Source of the DNA: Dehalococcoidia bacterium
GTDB taxonomy: Bacteria > Chloroflexota > Dehalococcoidia > Lucifugimonadales > UBA3495
DNA: 64,000 nt
Assembly: GCA_965205385.1 (NCBI GenBank)
Contig: CBDBGS010000008.1
Location: 745,752 to 809,751 of the forward strand
Reading direction: 5' to 3'
This document shows positions 35,066-43,339 of the stretch, piece by piece (position 1 is the stretch's first letter; each line of letters starts with the position of its first letter). Made by a program: the position numbers and the translations under genes. Below the pieces are notes generated by a model, which saw only the letters and a list, made by a program, of their open reading frames with translations, had not been told where the DNA came from and did no database searches.

Positions 35066-35580
35066 CTTGGGAATGCACCACTCCTTCTTCTGCCACGGCT
35101 TGAGGGCGTTTTTTTGAGACGCTGGCGCACCCCCTCGTGGGACATGGAGGGCGTCAGCCCCAACTCGACCACCTTCCCGGCCAACAGACGCAGGGTCCAG
35201 TGGTCATGCCCTTCCGGCGGCGGGCTGCAGGCCAAGGCGATCAGGTGGGCTTCGCCACGGTCGTCCAACTTCCGGGGCCGGTTGGCCTGGGGACGGTCCT
35301 GCAAAACCCCCTCCAACCCTTCTTCGGCAAAGCGCTGCTTGACCCGGTATACGGTGCTCAGGGCCACATCCAAAGCTTCGGCCACTTGGGGCGCCGCCCA
35401 ACCGTCGTCGCTCTTTAGGAGAATCTGCGCCCTGGCGGTCACTCGGGCTGAGCTTTTCCCAACCCGGATCAGTCGCTGGAGTTCTTCCCGTTGTTCCTGT
35501 GCCAGCCCCACTGCGTACTTGTCCCTCATCATGACGCCACCCTCCACCATCAACACTTCCCACCAGGCAGGATAGCTCAA
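35062..35580 (-). CDS. IS630 transposase, N-terminal HTH part (orfA)
   Basis: 172 aa with HTH and winged-helix segments (LSTVYRVKQRFAEEGLEGVLQDRP). It ends shortly after an A7 run. Confidence 0.8.
   Translation of the reverse strand: MSYPAWWEVLMVEGGVMMRDKYAVGLAQEQREELQRLIRVGKSSARVTARAQILLKSDDGWAAPQVAEALDVALSTVYRVKQRFAEEGLEGVLQDRPQANRPRKLDDRGEAHLIALACSPPPEGHDHWTLRLLAGKVVELGLTPSMSHEGVRQRLKKTPSSRGRRRSGAFPR
35109..35115 (-). other. A7 slippery run joining transposase orfA and orfB (-1 frameshift site or frameshift mutation)
   Basis: The minus strand reads CTC AAA AAA ACG. A -1 slip after the second AAA yields L-K-K-N-A-L-K-P-W, the canonical IS630 junction. Confidence 0.5.
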
Positions 35581-36363
35581 TTGGCCCCTTTCTTAAATAA
35601 ATACCAAAACCAAGTTGACTGACTACTAGGGATTAGCCGTCAAACTATCTACAACTGGGGGAATCGGGGCAAGCTGCCGCCGTGCTACATCCTGGGGCGG
35701 CGGACTCGGCGATGGAACCGCAAGGAATTTATGGAATGGCTCGAAGCACGGCGGGTTAGGCGGGAATATGACGAACAGCGAACCTAAAACAATCTGTTGG
35801 CGGACGGGAAGAAATCGCGCCGGGACGCAACCGGCGCGAAATCAACCGTGGAAGTGTCTACCAATGCGAGACAGGTCCATACCAAGTCTAGCCTAACGTC
35901 AATCCCGCTACCGCCTACGCCGGCACGTTTCCGGTGGGCGCTCATGGTCAACGGGATAGGCGTTAGGTATGACGTTCGCGGCCTACGCAATCAAGCACAG
36001 CTACCCGGCAAGGAAGAATGGACAGACATTACGGATGGCGTAGCAGCCAAGATACGGGAAACCCTGGCAACCGTGCCATTCCCGATACGCAACCGGGACG
36101 GGTTTATAGAGGATGCGGGCGGGATACTCCAAACCAATACCCAACACTTCCATGAATTGATGGTCAACGCCTGCGCGTTCAATGCGGCGGACCCTTTGAT
36201 CGAATACTTCGACGATCTACCGCGTTGGGACGGTCTGCCGCGCCTTGGAGCGTGGCTTTTCCATTGTTTCGACGTTGCCGACGAATCCCTAGAGTTATCG
36301 GAGTGGGCGGGAACGTTCGTGTTCCTCGGTTCGGTATGGCGGGCAAAGCAACCCGGCGTCAAG

Positions 36364-37777
36364 CTAGTACTACAGTCGCAGATTAAAAACGGATAGAATT
36401 GGGGCAATCAGCGGGTGGTGAGGTGAGGCTGTGGTTGTTGTGAGGGATGAGGTTGCGGAAGTGGCTCGGTGGGCCGAGGGCATCGAGCGGGTACACGAGT
36501 GCATCGGTGGACGGTTCCGGCGTCCGGAGCCGCGGCGGCGGGCGCTGGACTATCTGAAGGGGTTGCTCAGCCCGGTGGAGCGCAAGAACGGCTGGCAATT
36601 GGCGGAGCGGGCAGGCGACGCCACTCCCGATGGGGTGCAGCGCCTGTTGTACAACTACCAGTGGGACGCGGACCTGGTTCGCGATGACTTGAGGAGCTAC
36701 GTGATCGAGCGTCTGGCCGACGCTGCGGCAGTTCTGGCGGTGGATGAAACCGGATTCCTCAAGAAAGGAGACAAGTCGGTTGGGGTGCAGCGTCAGTACA
36801 GCGGCACGGCGACGGATCGAGAACAGTCAGATTGGCGTATTCTTGGCCTATGCCAGTGCCAGGGGGAGGACGCTGCTGGACCGGGAGTTGTACCTGCCCC
36901 AGGTGTGGGCGGAGGACTTGGAGCGCCGGCGGGAGGCCGGTGTGCCGGAGAGTGTCGGCTTTCGGACCAAGCCGCAACTGGCGCAGCTGATGCTGGAGCG
37001 GGCGGTTGAGTCGGGAGTGCCCTTCGGCTGGGTGGCCGGGGACGAGGTCTACGGCAACGACCGCAACCTGCGGCTGTGGCTGGAGCGAGAGGGCGTTCCC
37101 CACGTGCTGGCCATCAAACGCAGCGAGAAGCTATGGGCTTTGACGGACAGGGGGCCGCGACAGGTGAGGGCCGACCGTCTGGCCTCAGGGGTTGAGGAAT
37201 GCGCTTGGGTGAGGTGCAGCGCCGGGGACGGAGCCAAGGGACCACGGATCTACGACTGGGCCACTGTGGAAATACGTCCCCTGAGGGAGCCTGGCAAGGG
37301 CTATTGGCTGCTGGCCCGGCGCAGTCTGGCCAACCCGGGGGAGCTGGCCTACTACGTCTGTTACGGCCCGGCGGGAACGACCCTGGAGGAACTGGCGAGG
37401 GTGGCCGGGACCCGGTGGGCCATAGAGGAGTGCTTCGAGGAGGCCAAGGGACAGGTGGGGCTGGACCAGTATGAAGTGCGGAGGTGGGACGGCTGGTACC
37501 GGCACATCACGTTGGCGATGTTGGCCCACGCGTATCTGTCCGTGATCAAGCATCAGGCCATGGAACAGGGAGAAAGGGGGGCTACTACGGCCCGGATGAA
37601 GAGCTGATTCCCATGACAGCGCCGGAAGTGCGCCGACTGCTCACCCGCCTCGTATGGACGGAGAACCAACTGCCTGATTTCATCCTGTATTGGTCGTGGT
37701 GGAGACGACGCCACCAAGCCAGAGCCCGGCGTTGCCATTACCAACGACGACTTTCTAATCTGCGACTGTAGTACTAG
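36364..37777 (+). mobile_element. IS701-family-like insertion sequence with CTAG target duplication
   Basis: The ~25-bp terminal inverted repeats are TAGTACTACAGTCGCAGATTAAAAA and the reverse complement of TTTCTAATCTGCGACTGTAGTACTA. CTAG is present at both junctions (36364-36367, 37774-37777). Confidence 0.8.
36431..37607 (+). pseudogene. IS701-family DDE transposase, frameshifted
   Basis: ORF 36431-37009 ends its meaningful part at ...[27 protein letters not shown] 36744-37607 carries on with [15 protein letters not shown]...WAIEECFEEAKGQVGLDQYEVR in another frame. The junction at about 36810 lacks 2 nt (or has 1 extra) relative to the usual QYSGTAGRIEN. Confidence 0.7.
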
Positions 37778-38564
37778 ACGAAATGCCAGTAATCACCGGG
37801 AAGGGCGGTATCGGCAAGTCTACCGCCTTGCGGTGTGTCCTACCGCCATCGCTCCAGTACACATTCACGGATGGGCTGAACCTAGCGGCCAACCCGAAGG
37901 AACGTATCGAAGCGTTACAGGGGCGCTCCATCGTGGAAGCGGCGGAGATGCAAGGCGCAAGGCGAGCCGATATTGAATCTCTCAAGGCGTTCCTATCGCG
38001 TACCGACGATGGCAGCACGCGGCTATCCTACCGCCACAACCCGGAACCAATGCCCAGGCGGTGCATAATCGTAGGCACAGCCGACCGGCCCGACCCGCTA
38101 CCCGATGATCCCAACCTACGCCGATTCGTTCCGATCACACTCACAGGCGGAAGCCCGCAAGACGTTATGGAATTTCTGGACGAATGGCGGGACCAACTCT
38201 GGGCCGAGGCACTCTACCTTTACGATCACGGCGAGAGCGCACGGCTACCAGATGAATTGAAAGCACTACAGAAGGAAGCCACCGAGTCCGCACGTTCCCG
38301 CGATTCCGTGCTTGAAGATTTGATAGAGCGATGGCTAGAGGATGGACGTGACCTATTCACCATTGAAGCGGTAGCCACAGGCATAGGACTAACAGACATG
38401 GGTAAGTCCGCTAGGCTATCGCCCTATGACACCAAGCGCATATCGGGAGTGCTACGGCAAAAGGGCTTTGCATCAGTGTCCAAGCGCATCGACGGCAAGA
38501 CAGTACGCCGATGGGCGTTACTACCCGTTACAGATTCAGACCAATTCTAGGCACGATTGACCAA

Positions 38565-38733
38565 GTGTAACGGGTGTAACGGGTTGTAACGGCTAACTTT
38601 GGAGGGAAAGCAAGGAAATAATCCGTTGTGGGATATAGACGTGGGTAGGGCATAAATAAATAGTTAATAGCCCTACAGTATAAGACTCAAATCATCTCAA
38701 GAATTACCCGTTACACCCGTTACACCCGTTACA
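38565..38733. promoter_or_regulatory. iteron-flanked AT-rich region (putative island replication origin or operator)
   Basis: Three tandem (G/T)TGTAACGG(G/C) units occupy 38565-38593. Three perfect tandem CCCGTTACA units (the reverse complement) occupy 38707-38733. They flank ~110 bp of AT-rich DNA containing a GTAGGGC...GCCCTAC hairpin. One more CCCGTTACA copy lies at 38524-38532. The region sits directly 3-prime of the virE-like gene. Confidence 0.55.
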
Positions 38734-38754
38734 CACTGAATGGGAGGATGAACA

Positions 38755-39120
38755 ATGGCAACACATCTAATCTACGGCAAAGCCACGAACCGTATCAGAG
38801 GTGCGTCGGAAATTCACACATATTGCGGTGAGGTAATAGCCGAAGATCACCCAGATTTCGCCGCTTTGCGTGATTACGAGCCGGATCACACAGCCACCTT
38901 TTTCGCGACCATCTTCAACGACATACCTGACCTGTGTGAAGCGTGCCACCAAAAGGTTTTATCGCCGAGGATATACCACATTGACTCGGATAACGGACTG
39001 ACATATTGTGGATTGGATGCGGCCGAGGTTTGGACTGGCGGCCCGTTCATCTCCCCCTTATGCCAACCATGCCGCAATGGCTTGATTTCCGAACATCCGC
39101 TGTTTGGTGCTGCCAACTAG
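38755..39120 (+). CDS. hypothetical Cys-rich protein (island)
   Basis: 121 aa preceded by a GGGAGGA RBS. It has CxxC-like pairs (CEACHQK, CQPCRNG). No family assignment. Confidence 0.45.
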   Translation: MATHLIYGKATNRIRGASEIHTYCGEVIAEDHPDFAALRDYEPDHTATFFATIFNDIPDLCEACHQKVLSPRIYHIDSDNGLTYCGLDAAEVWTGGPFISPLCQPCRNGLISEHPLFGAAN

Positions 39121-39212
39121 CCCGGTTATGGCACCGCCGAAAATCCTTGGAGGGGCGTACCAGCGTTGGGCGGAGTGACGAACTACGTAGATACAAGAAA
39201 GAGGGAGGCAAG

Positions 39213-39572
39213 ATGAACAGACAAGGCAGCGATATGACCATTGGGCATGCTTTTGCGGCCCGATGGCTTGTCAGGAAATATGCTGAATACAAGAGCAATC
39301 CCAGAATGCAGCAGCGACAACCTGAACTTCCTCAGCCTGACGAGCTTGCCCAGCGAATTGCTGATGCTGTCGATTCCCATGTAGAACAGAAAATTCTTGA
39401 GCTTCGCATCAAGTTGCACGCTGTTGCTGTAGAGGTGGCGGATGGGACAGAGGGTTCCAAAGACCAAGTTGTGATCAGTTCGGATGAATTACTACAAGAC
39501 CGAGCTTTGGTACAGGTGGCCCACGAGTGCTTAAACACAACCTTAAGCGCGATGCACAAATTTCCCGTCTAA
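39213..39572 (+). CDS. hypothetical protein, positional candidate for a small terminase subunit
   Basis: This uses the internal ATG of track ORF 39006, preceded by AGAGGGAGG. It is 119 aa and sits directly upstream of, and overlapping, TerL. The call is positional only. Confidence 0.35.
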   Translation: MNRQGSDMTIGHAFAARWLVRKYAEYKSNPRMQQRQPELPQPDELAQRIADAVDSHVEQKILELRIKLHAVAVEVADGTEGSKDQVVISSDELLQDRALVQVAHECLNTTLSAMHKFPV

Positions 39573-41068
39573 TAGCCAGTCTTGAGTCCGCACCAGTAGG
39601 AGACGGCGATCTGGTGGGGCAACCGTTCAAGTGTCTGCCCTACCAGCGGCGTTTCCTTCGCGGTGCGTTCAAGCCGGGTGTGCTTCGGGCTGGCCTGAGT
39701 CTGGCCCGTGGTGGCGGTAAGAGTGGCTTGGCGTCGGCCTTGGCCCTGGACGCCATCCGGCCCGCCGGGGTGCTGCATCGCCAAGGCTTCGAGGTGGTGC
39801 TGATAGCGTCATCATTCCAGCAGGCCAGGATTATTTTTGAGGCGGTGCGGACTTCCCTGGAGCTAATGGGCGAAGATGGCGACTACCGCATCCGCGACCA
39901 GCAGAACCTTGCGGACATTCAGCACCGGGAGACAAAGGCGCGGTTGCGGGTTGCCGGTGCTGACAACCGGAGGGCGCACGGCTGGCGCGTCAATCTCGTG
40001 ATCGGCGATGAACCTTCACAGTGGGGTCCAAGGGGCGAGCTACTGGCGGCTGCTATCCGCACGGCATTGGGCAAGCGGAAGGATGCGCGGGCGCTGTTCA
40101 TAGGTACCCGGCCAGCGAGTGATGCTCACTTTTTCGCCAGGTTGCTTGAGGAAGATGACCCTTCCGTTTTCTCACTTGTCTATGCCGCCGATATGGATGG
40201 CAATCCTTTCAGCGCGAAGACCTGGCGCAAGGCCAACCCCGCCCTGAGCTACGGGTTGCCAGACATGGAAGTGTTGCGGGCTGAGGCGCGGCTTGCGAAG
40301 CGCGATCCTGCGGAGTTGGCGACGTTCCGCAGTCTCCGGTTGAATCAAGGCACCAGTGAAGTCGAATCTCGGATGCTCATTGACGCAATGACCTGGCGAG
40401 AGGTGGAAACGGAGGAACTGCCGCCACGCGAAGGACCGGTGAGTTTCGGTGTCGATCTTGGTGGAACTGCTGCCTTCAGTGCTTGTGCCGCCTACTGGCC
40501 GCGTTCGGGAAGGCTTGAAGGCTTCGTAGCCTGTGGCAATGATCCCGTATTGCCGGAAAGGGCGCTGGCCGATGGTGTCAGTGGCGTTTATGAAGCGATG
40601 CGTGACGCCGGTGAACTGGTGCAGCTTGGCGGGCGCGTGGTGCCCGTTGGCCCGTTCCTAGTGGAGTCGGTGCTGCGGTACGGGAAGCCGCAAGCGGTGG
40701 CGGCTGACCGTTGGCGATCCGGTGAACTTGAAGACGGTGTGCGCGAGGCGAGGTTGAGTCTGCCTGAACCAACATGGCGCGGGCAGGGGTGGCGTGATGG
40801 TGGCGTTGACGTGCGGCTGTTCCGGTCTGCGGTGCTGGAGGGGAAGGTGGCGGCACCTGTAAGCCTAGCCATGCGCGCGGCTCTTGCTGAGGCTAGGACG
40901 GTGGCGGACAACAGTGCCAACGAGAAGCTGGCGAAGTCCGGCGAAGGGCAACATAGGCGGCGCGGTAGAGATGATCTGGCAGCCGCTATCGTGCTGGCCG
41001 TTGCTGAGGGAACACGGCGTGAGGCGTCCAGGGAAGTCAAGAAGTGGCGTTATCGGGGCGTGGCGTGA
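39527..41068 (+). CDS. terL: phage terminase large subunit (Terminase_1-like)
   Basis: 513 aa with Walker A LARGGGKSG and Walker B LVIGDEPSQW. It has the LPYQRRFLRG N-terminal block and a C-terminal RNaseH-like nuclease half. The exact start is uncertain. Confidence 0.75.
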   Translation: MLKHNLKRDAQISRLIASLESAPVGDGDLVGQPFKCLPYQRRFLRGAFKPGVLRAGLSLARGGGKSGLASALALDAIRPAGVLHRQGFEVVLIASSFQQARIIFEAVRTSLELMGEDGDYRIRDQQNLADIQHRETKARLRVAGADNRRAHGWRVNLVIGDEPSQWGPRGELLAAAIRTALGKRKDARALFIGTRPASDAHFFARLLEEDDPSVFSLVYAADMDGNPFSAKTWRKANPALSYGLPDMEVLRAEARLAKRDPAELATFRSLRLNQGTSEVESRMLIDAMTWREVETEELPPREGPVSFGVDLGGTAAFSACAAYWPRSGRLEGFVACGNDPVLPERALADGVSGVYEAMRDAGELVQLGGRVVPVGPFLVESVLRYGKPQAVAADRWRSGELEDGVREARLSLPEPTWRGQGWRDGGVDVRLFRSAVLEGKVAAPVSLAMRAALAEARTVADNSANEKLAKSGEGQHRRRGRDDLAAAIVLAVAEGTRREASREVKKWRYRGVA

Positions 41069-41352
41069 GCTGGCGAAAGGGACCGCCGATCAACCGGAGA
41101 CGGTGGGCGATAGTCCGCCGCCTTGTTTTTCAGCGCGACGGCTATAGATGCGTGGACTGCTCAAAGCCTGGACGCCTCGAATGTGACCATGTGGTGCCGC
41201 TTCACGTCAACCCTACCCAAGACCCTTACGACCTGGACGGGCTGAGAACACTTTGCCGGTCTTGCCATATCAGACTCACGGCGGAACAGAACCGCAAACC
41301 CAACCCTGGGCGTGACGCATGGCGAAAATTGATTGCGGAAATCGTAGTGTGA
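41065..41352 (+). CDS. HNH endonuclease
   Basis: A GTG start overlaps the TerL stop (GTGA). The sequence VFQRDGYRCVDCSKPGRLECDHVVPL...LRTLCRSCHI is the HNH motif. Confidence 0.8.
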   Translation: MSWRKGPPINRRRWAIVRRLVFQRDGYRCVDCSKPGRLECDHVVPLHVNPTQDPYDLDGLRTLCRSCHIRLTAEQNRKPNPGRDAWRKLIAEIVV

Positions 41353-41380
41353 TAAAATGTAGATAGTTAGTATTACATCT

Positions 41381-42673
41381 ATGGATAGACCTGAGAGAAG
41401 AGAAATGACAGCAAGCCAACGCATTACCCTTCGTTTGTCCGCAGTCCGCAGCCGCTTGAACGAAATCGCCGGGGTAGAGGGTGACGACTTCACACCCGAA
41501 ATCAGGTCTGAGGCGGAAGCACTCCAACGGGAATACTCAGACCTGGAAACCCGCTACCGCTCCGCCACCATTGCCGAGTCCGCCGAAACCGAAACCCGCC
41601 AACACGACGAACCCGACCGGGAACTGCGGGAACGCATCGAACTGCGGGAACGGGCCACGCTCACCAACTACCTCCTGTCCGCTGCCCAGGGCCGGATGCC
41701 CCACGGCGCGGAACTGGAGCTACAGCAGGCGGCGGGCGTATCGGGAATCCCCGTTGAGCTTTTCGAGGTGCGCCAGCGCGAAACCCGCGCCGATGCGCCC
41801 ACAGGTTCACCCAGCACCGTGGGCGTCAACGTGGACCCGATTCGCCCGATGATCTATGCCCGTGCGGTGCTGCCCCGGTTGGGAGTGGCCATGCCTCGCG
41901 TGGAATCCGGCACCTACGCCACCATGACCATCACGGCGGACCTCAGTGCCGGGGCAATGGCGGCTGGGGCTGCCCGTGAGTCAACGGCGGCGACACTGAC
42001 GCCCAAGACCACCACCGCGCACCGGGTAAGCGGAAGGCTTTCCATCCGCATTGAGGACGTGGCCACCGTAGGCGTGGGCAACTTCGAATCCAGCTTGAGG
42101 CAGAACCTGACGCTTGTAATGTCTGACGAATTGGACAAGCTGGGTCTGACGGGTGATAACCAGGCTCCCAACCCGCAAGGACTGTTGCCCCAACTGACGG
42201 ACCCGACCGACCCGACCGATGCCGTCAACTTCGATGCCTTTGTCGAGGCGGTGGCCGGTGGAATCGACGGCGGGCCGTGGGCCGAATCCATGACGGCGGT
42301 GATGCTGCTGGTGAACCCGGAGACGCTGCGGAAGGCTGAAACCACCTTCCAGAGCGCCACCAACTACAAGGGTGAACTGAGCGCAGCCGCCTACATCCGG
42401 GCCAACAGCGCGGGTTTCTTTTCCAGCCGCTGGATGCCCGTCACGGCCAGCACAATAGCCCAAGCAATCCGCTACCGGCGCGGCACCATGGGCCTGGACG
42501 GGGTGGACGCCATGCGGACGGCGGTATGCCCGATGTGGAACGAAGTCAGCATTGACGACATATACTCCGATTCTGCCAGCGGTATCCGCCATTTCACGCT
42601 CCACAACCTGATAGGCGACGTGCTGATTGAGCAAACCGACGCCTATGAGCGGATAGACCTGAAGTTGGCATAG
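41381..42673 (+). CDS. HK97-fold major capsid protein with an N-terminal coiled scaffold (delta)-like domain
   Basis: 430 aa. The first ~130 aa are charged and helical. The rest has Phage_capsid-like blocks, and the gene is followed by a prohead protease. Confidence 0.7.
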   Translation: MDRPERREMTASQRITLRLSAVRSRLNEIAGVEGDDFTPEIRSEAEALQREYSDLETRYRSATIAESAETETRQHDEPDRELRERIELRERATLTNYLLSAAQGRMPHGAELELQQAAGVSGIPVELFEVRQRETRADAPTGSPSTVGVNVDPIRPMIYARAVLPRLGVAMPRVESGTYATMTITADLSAGAMAAGAARESTAATLTPKTTTAHRVSGRLSIRIEDVATVGVGNFESSLRQNLTLVMSDELDKLGLTGDNQAPNPQGLLPQLTDPTDPTDAVNFDAFVEAVAGGIDGGPWAESMTAVMLLVNPETLRKAETTFQSATNYKGELSAAAYIRANSAGFFSSRWMPVTASTIAQAIRYRRGTMGLDGVDAMRTAVCPMWNEVSIDDIYSDSASGIRHFTLHNLIGDVLIEQTDAYERIDLKLA

Positions 42674-42682
42674 AGGCCAGCG

Positions 42683-43339
42683 ATGGACTACCCGATATTT
42701 GACGGTGAGCTTGCTGTTGAAACTCGCCAAGATGGGGAGGGGCGGACTATCCGCGCCAGCTTCCCGTATAACCGCGTGGCCACCATCTCCTCGACCGGGC
42801 GCACAAGAAAAGAGGTGTTCCGCAGCGGTAGTCTTTCATGGCAAGTCCGCGAGTTTGAAAAGCTCCAACAGCAACTATCGGACACCATATCCGGGACGAT
42901 TTCCCGGTTTCAGCGTGACGCGGTGGAGGATGCCCTGGAAAAGCGAAATACGTTCCTGTTGGTGGGCCACGACTACAACCGGGCAATTGCCGACATGCGA
43001 TCCGGGACGTTGGCCGTGACGCATACCGATGATGCGGTCCTGCTACGCGCCGACATACCGGCTGAGGGGAAAGCGCCTAGCTGGGTAGAGGACGCCGTTA
43101 AGGGAATCAACGGCGGGCAAGTCCGGGGCGTGAGTCCTGGATTCCAAGTCCCGGCGCGACGTGGCGGGGAACGGCTGATACCGGAAGAGGGAGACGGCGG
43201 CGCGATGATGCGCGAGATCACGGACGCCGTAGCTTTCGAGTATTCGTTGCTGGCCCGCCCCGCGTACAGTGGCACCACCGTAGACGCCCGCGCCGATGAT
43301 CCCGCGCTGGTGCCACCTCGGAGACGGGTATGGCTCTGA
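42683..43339 (+). CDS. HK97-family prohead (maturation) protease, S78/U35 type
   Basis: 218 aa. LLVGHDYNRAIA...GQVRGVSPGF...EYSLLARPAY fits the prohead protease His/Ser block pattern. Confidence 0.7.
   Translation: MDYPIFDGELAVETRQDGEGRTIRASFPYNRVATISSTGRTRKEVFRSGSLSWQVREFEKLQQQLSDTISGTISRFQRDAVEDALEKRNTFLLVGHDYNRAIADMRSGTLAVTHTDDAVLLRADIPAEGKAPSWVEDAVKGINGGQVRGVSPGFQVPARRGGERLIPEEGDGGAMMREITDAVAFEYSLLARPAYSGTTVDARADDPALVPPRRRVWL

Larger units (their letters stand above)
34403..35628 (-). mobile_element. IS630-family insertion sequence
   Basis: About 1.22 kb. Terminal inverted repeats are TAGTACTCAGTCAAC (34403-34417) and the reverse complement of GTTGACTGACTACTA (35614-35628), matching 14/15. 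It is flanked by TA and encodes a two-frame IS630 transposase. Confidence 0.85.
34196..35787 (+). pseudogene. xis: excisionase/AlpA-type HTH gene disrupted by MITE + IS630
   Basis: The 5-prime part encodes M(VNDAM)EAEYITTLEIAKML up to the TA at 34254-34255. The 3-prime part, 35629-35787, encodes GISRQTIYNWGNRGKLPPCYILGRRTRRWNRKEFMEWLEARR... Removing both insertions and the TA duplications joins them in frame into a ~70-aa excisionase-family protein. Confidence 0.65.
35797..38550 (+). pseudogene. VirE/primase-associated P-loop replication protein gene interrupted by an IS701-like element
   Basis: The N-terminal part 35797-36367 encodes ...DDLPRWDGLPRLGAWL...RAKQPGVKL. The C-terminal part 37774-38550 encodes LDEMPVITGKGGIGKST... 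Excising the IS with one CTAG copy restores a single ~447-aa frame carrying the Walker A motif GKGGIGKST. Confidence 0.65.

Noticed and set aside
38565-38733. The tandem repeats might have been a small CRISPR array.
   Set aside because: The units are only 9 bp, directly abutting with no spacers, three per side and in inverted orientation around an AT-rich core. This is an iteron or operator architecture, not CRISPR. No cas genes are present.
39006-39212. The N-terminal extension of track ORF 39006-39572 (188 aa), which overlaps the preceding 121-aa gene.
   Set aside because: The extension is Trp/Arg/Cys-rich and out of frame with the better-supported upstream ORF. An internal ATG with a strong AGAGGGAGG RBS at 39213 is the more plausible start.
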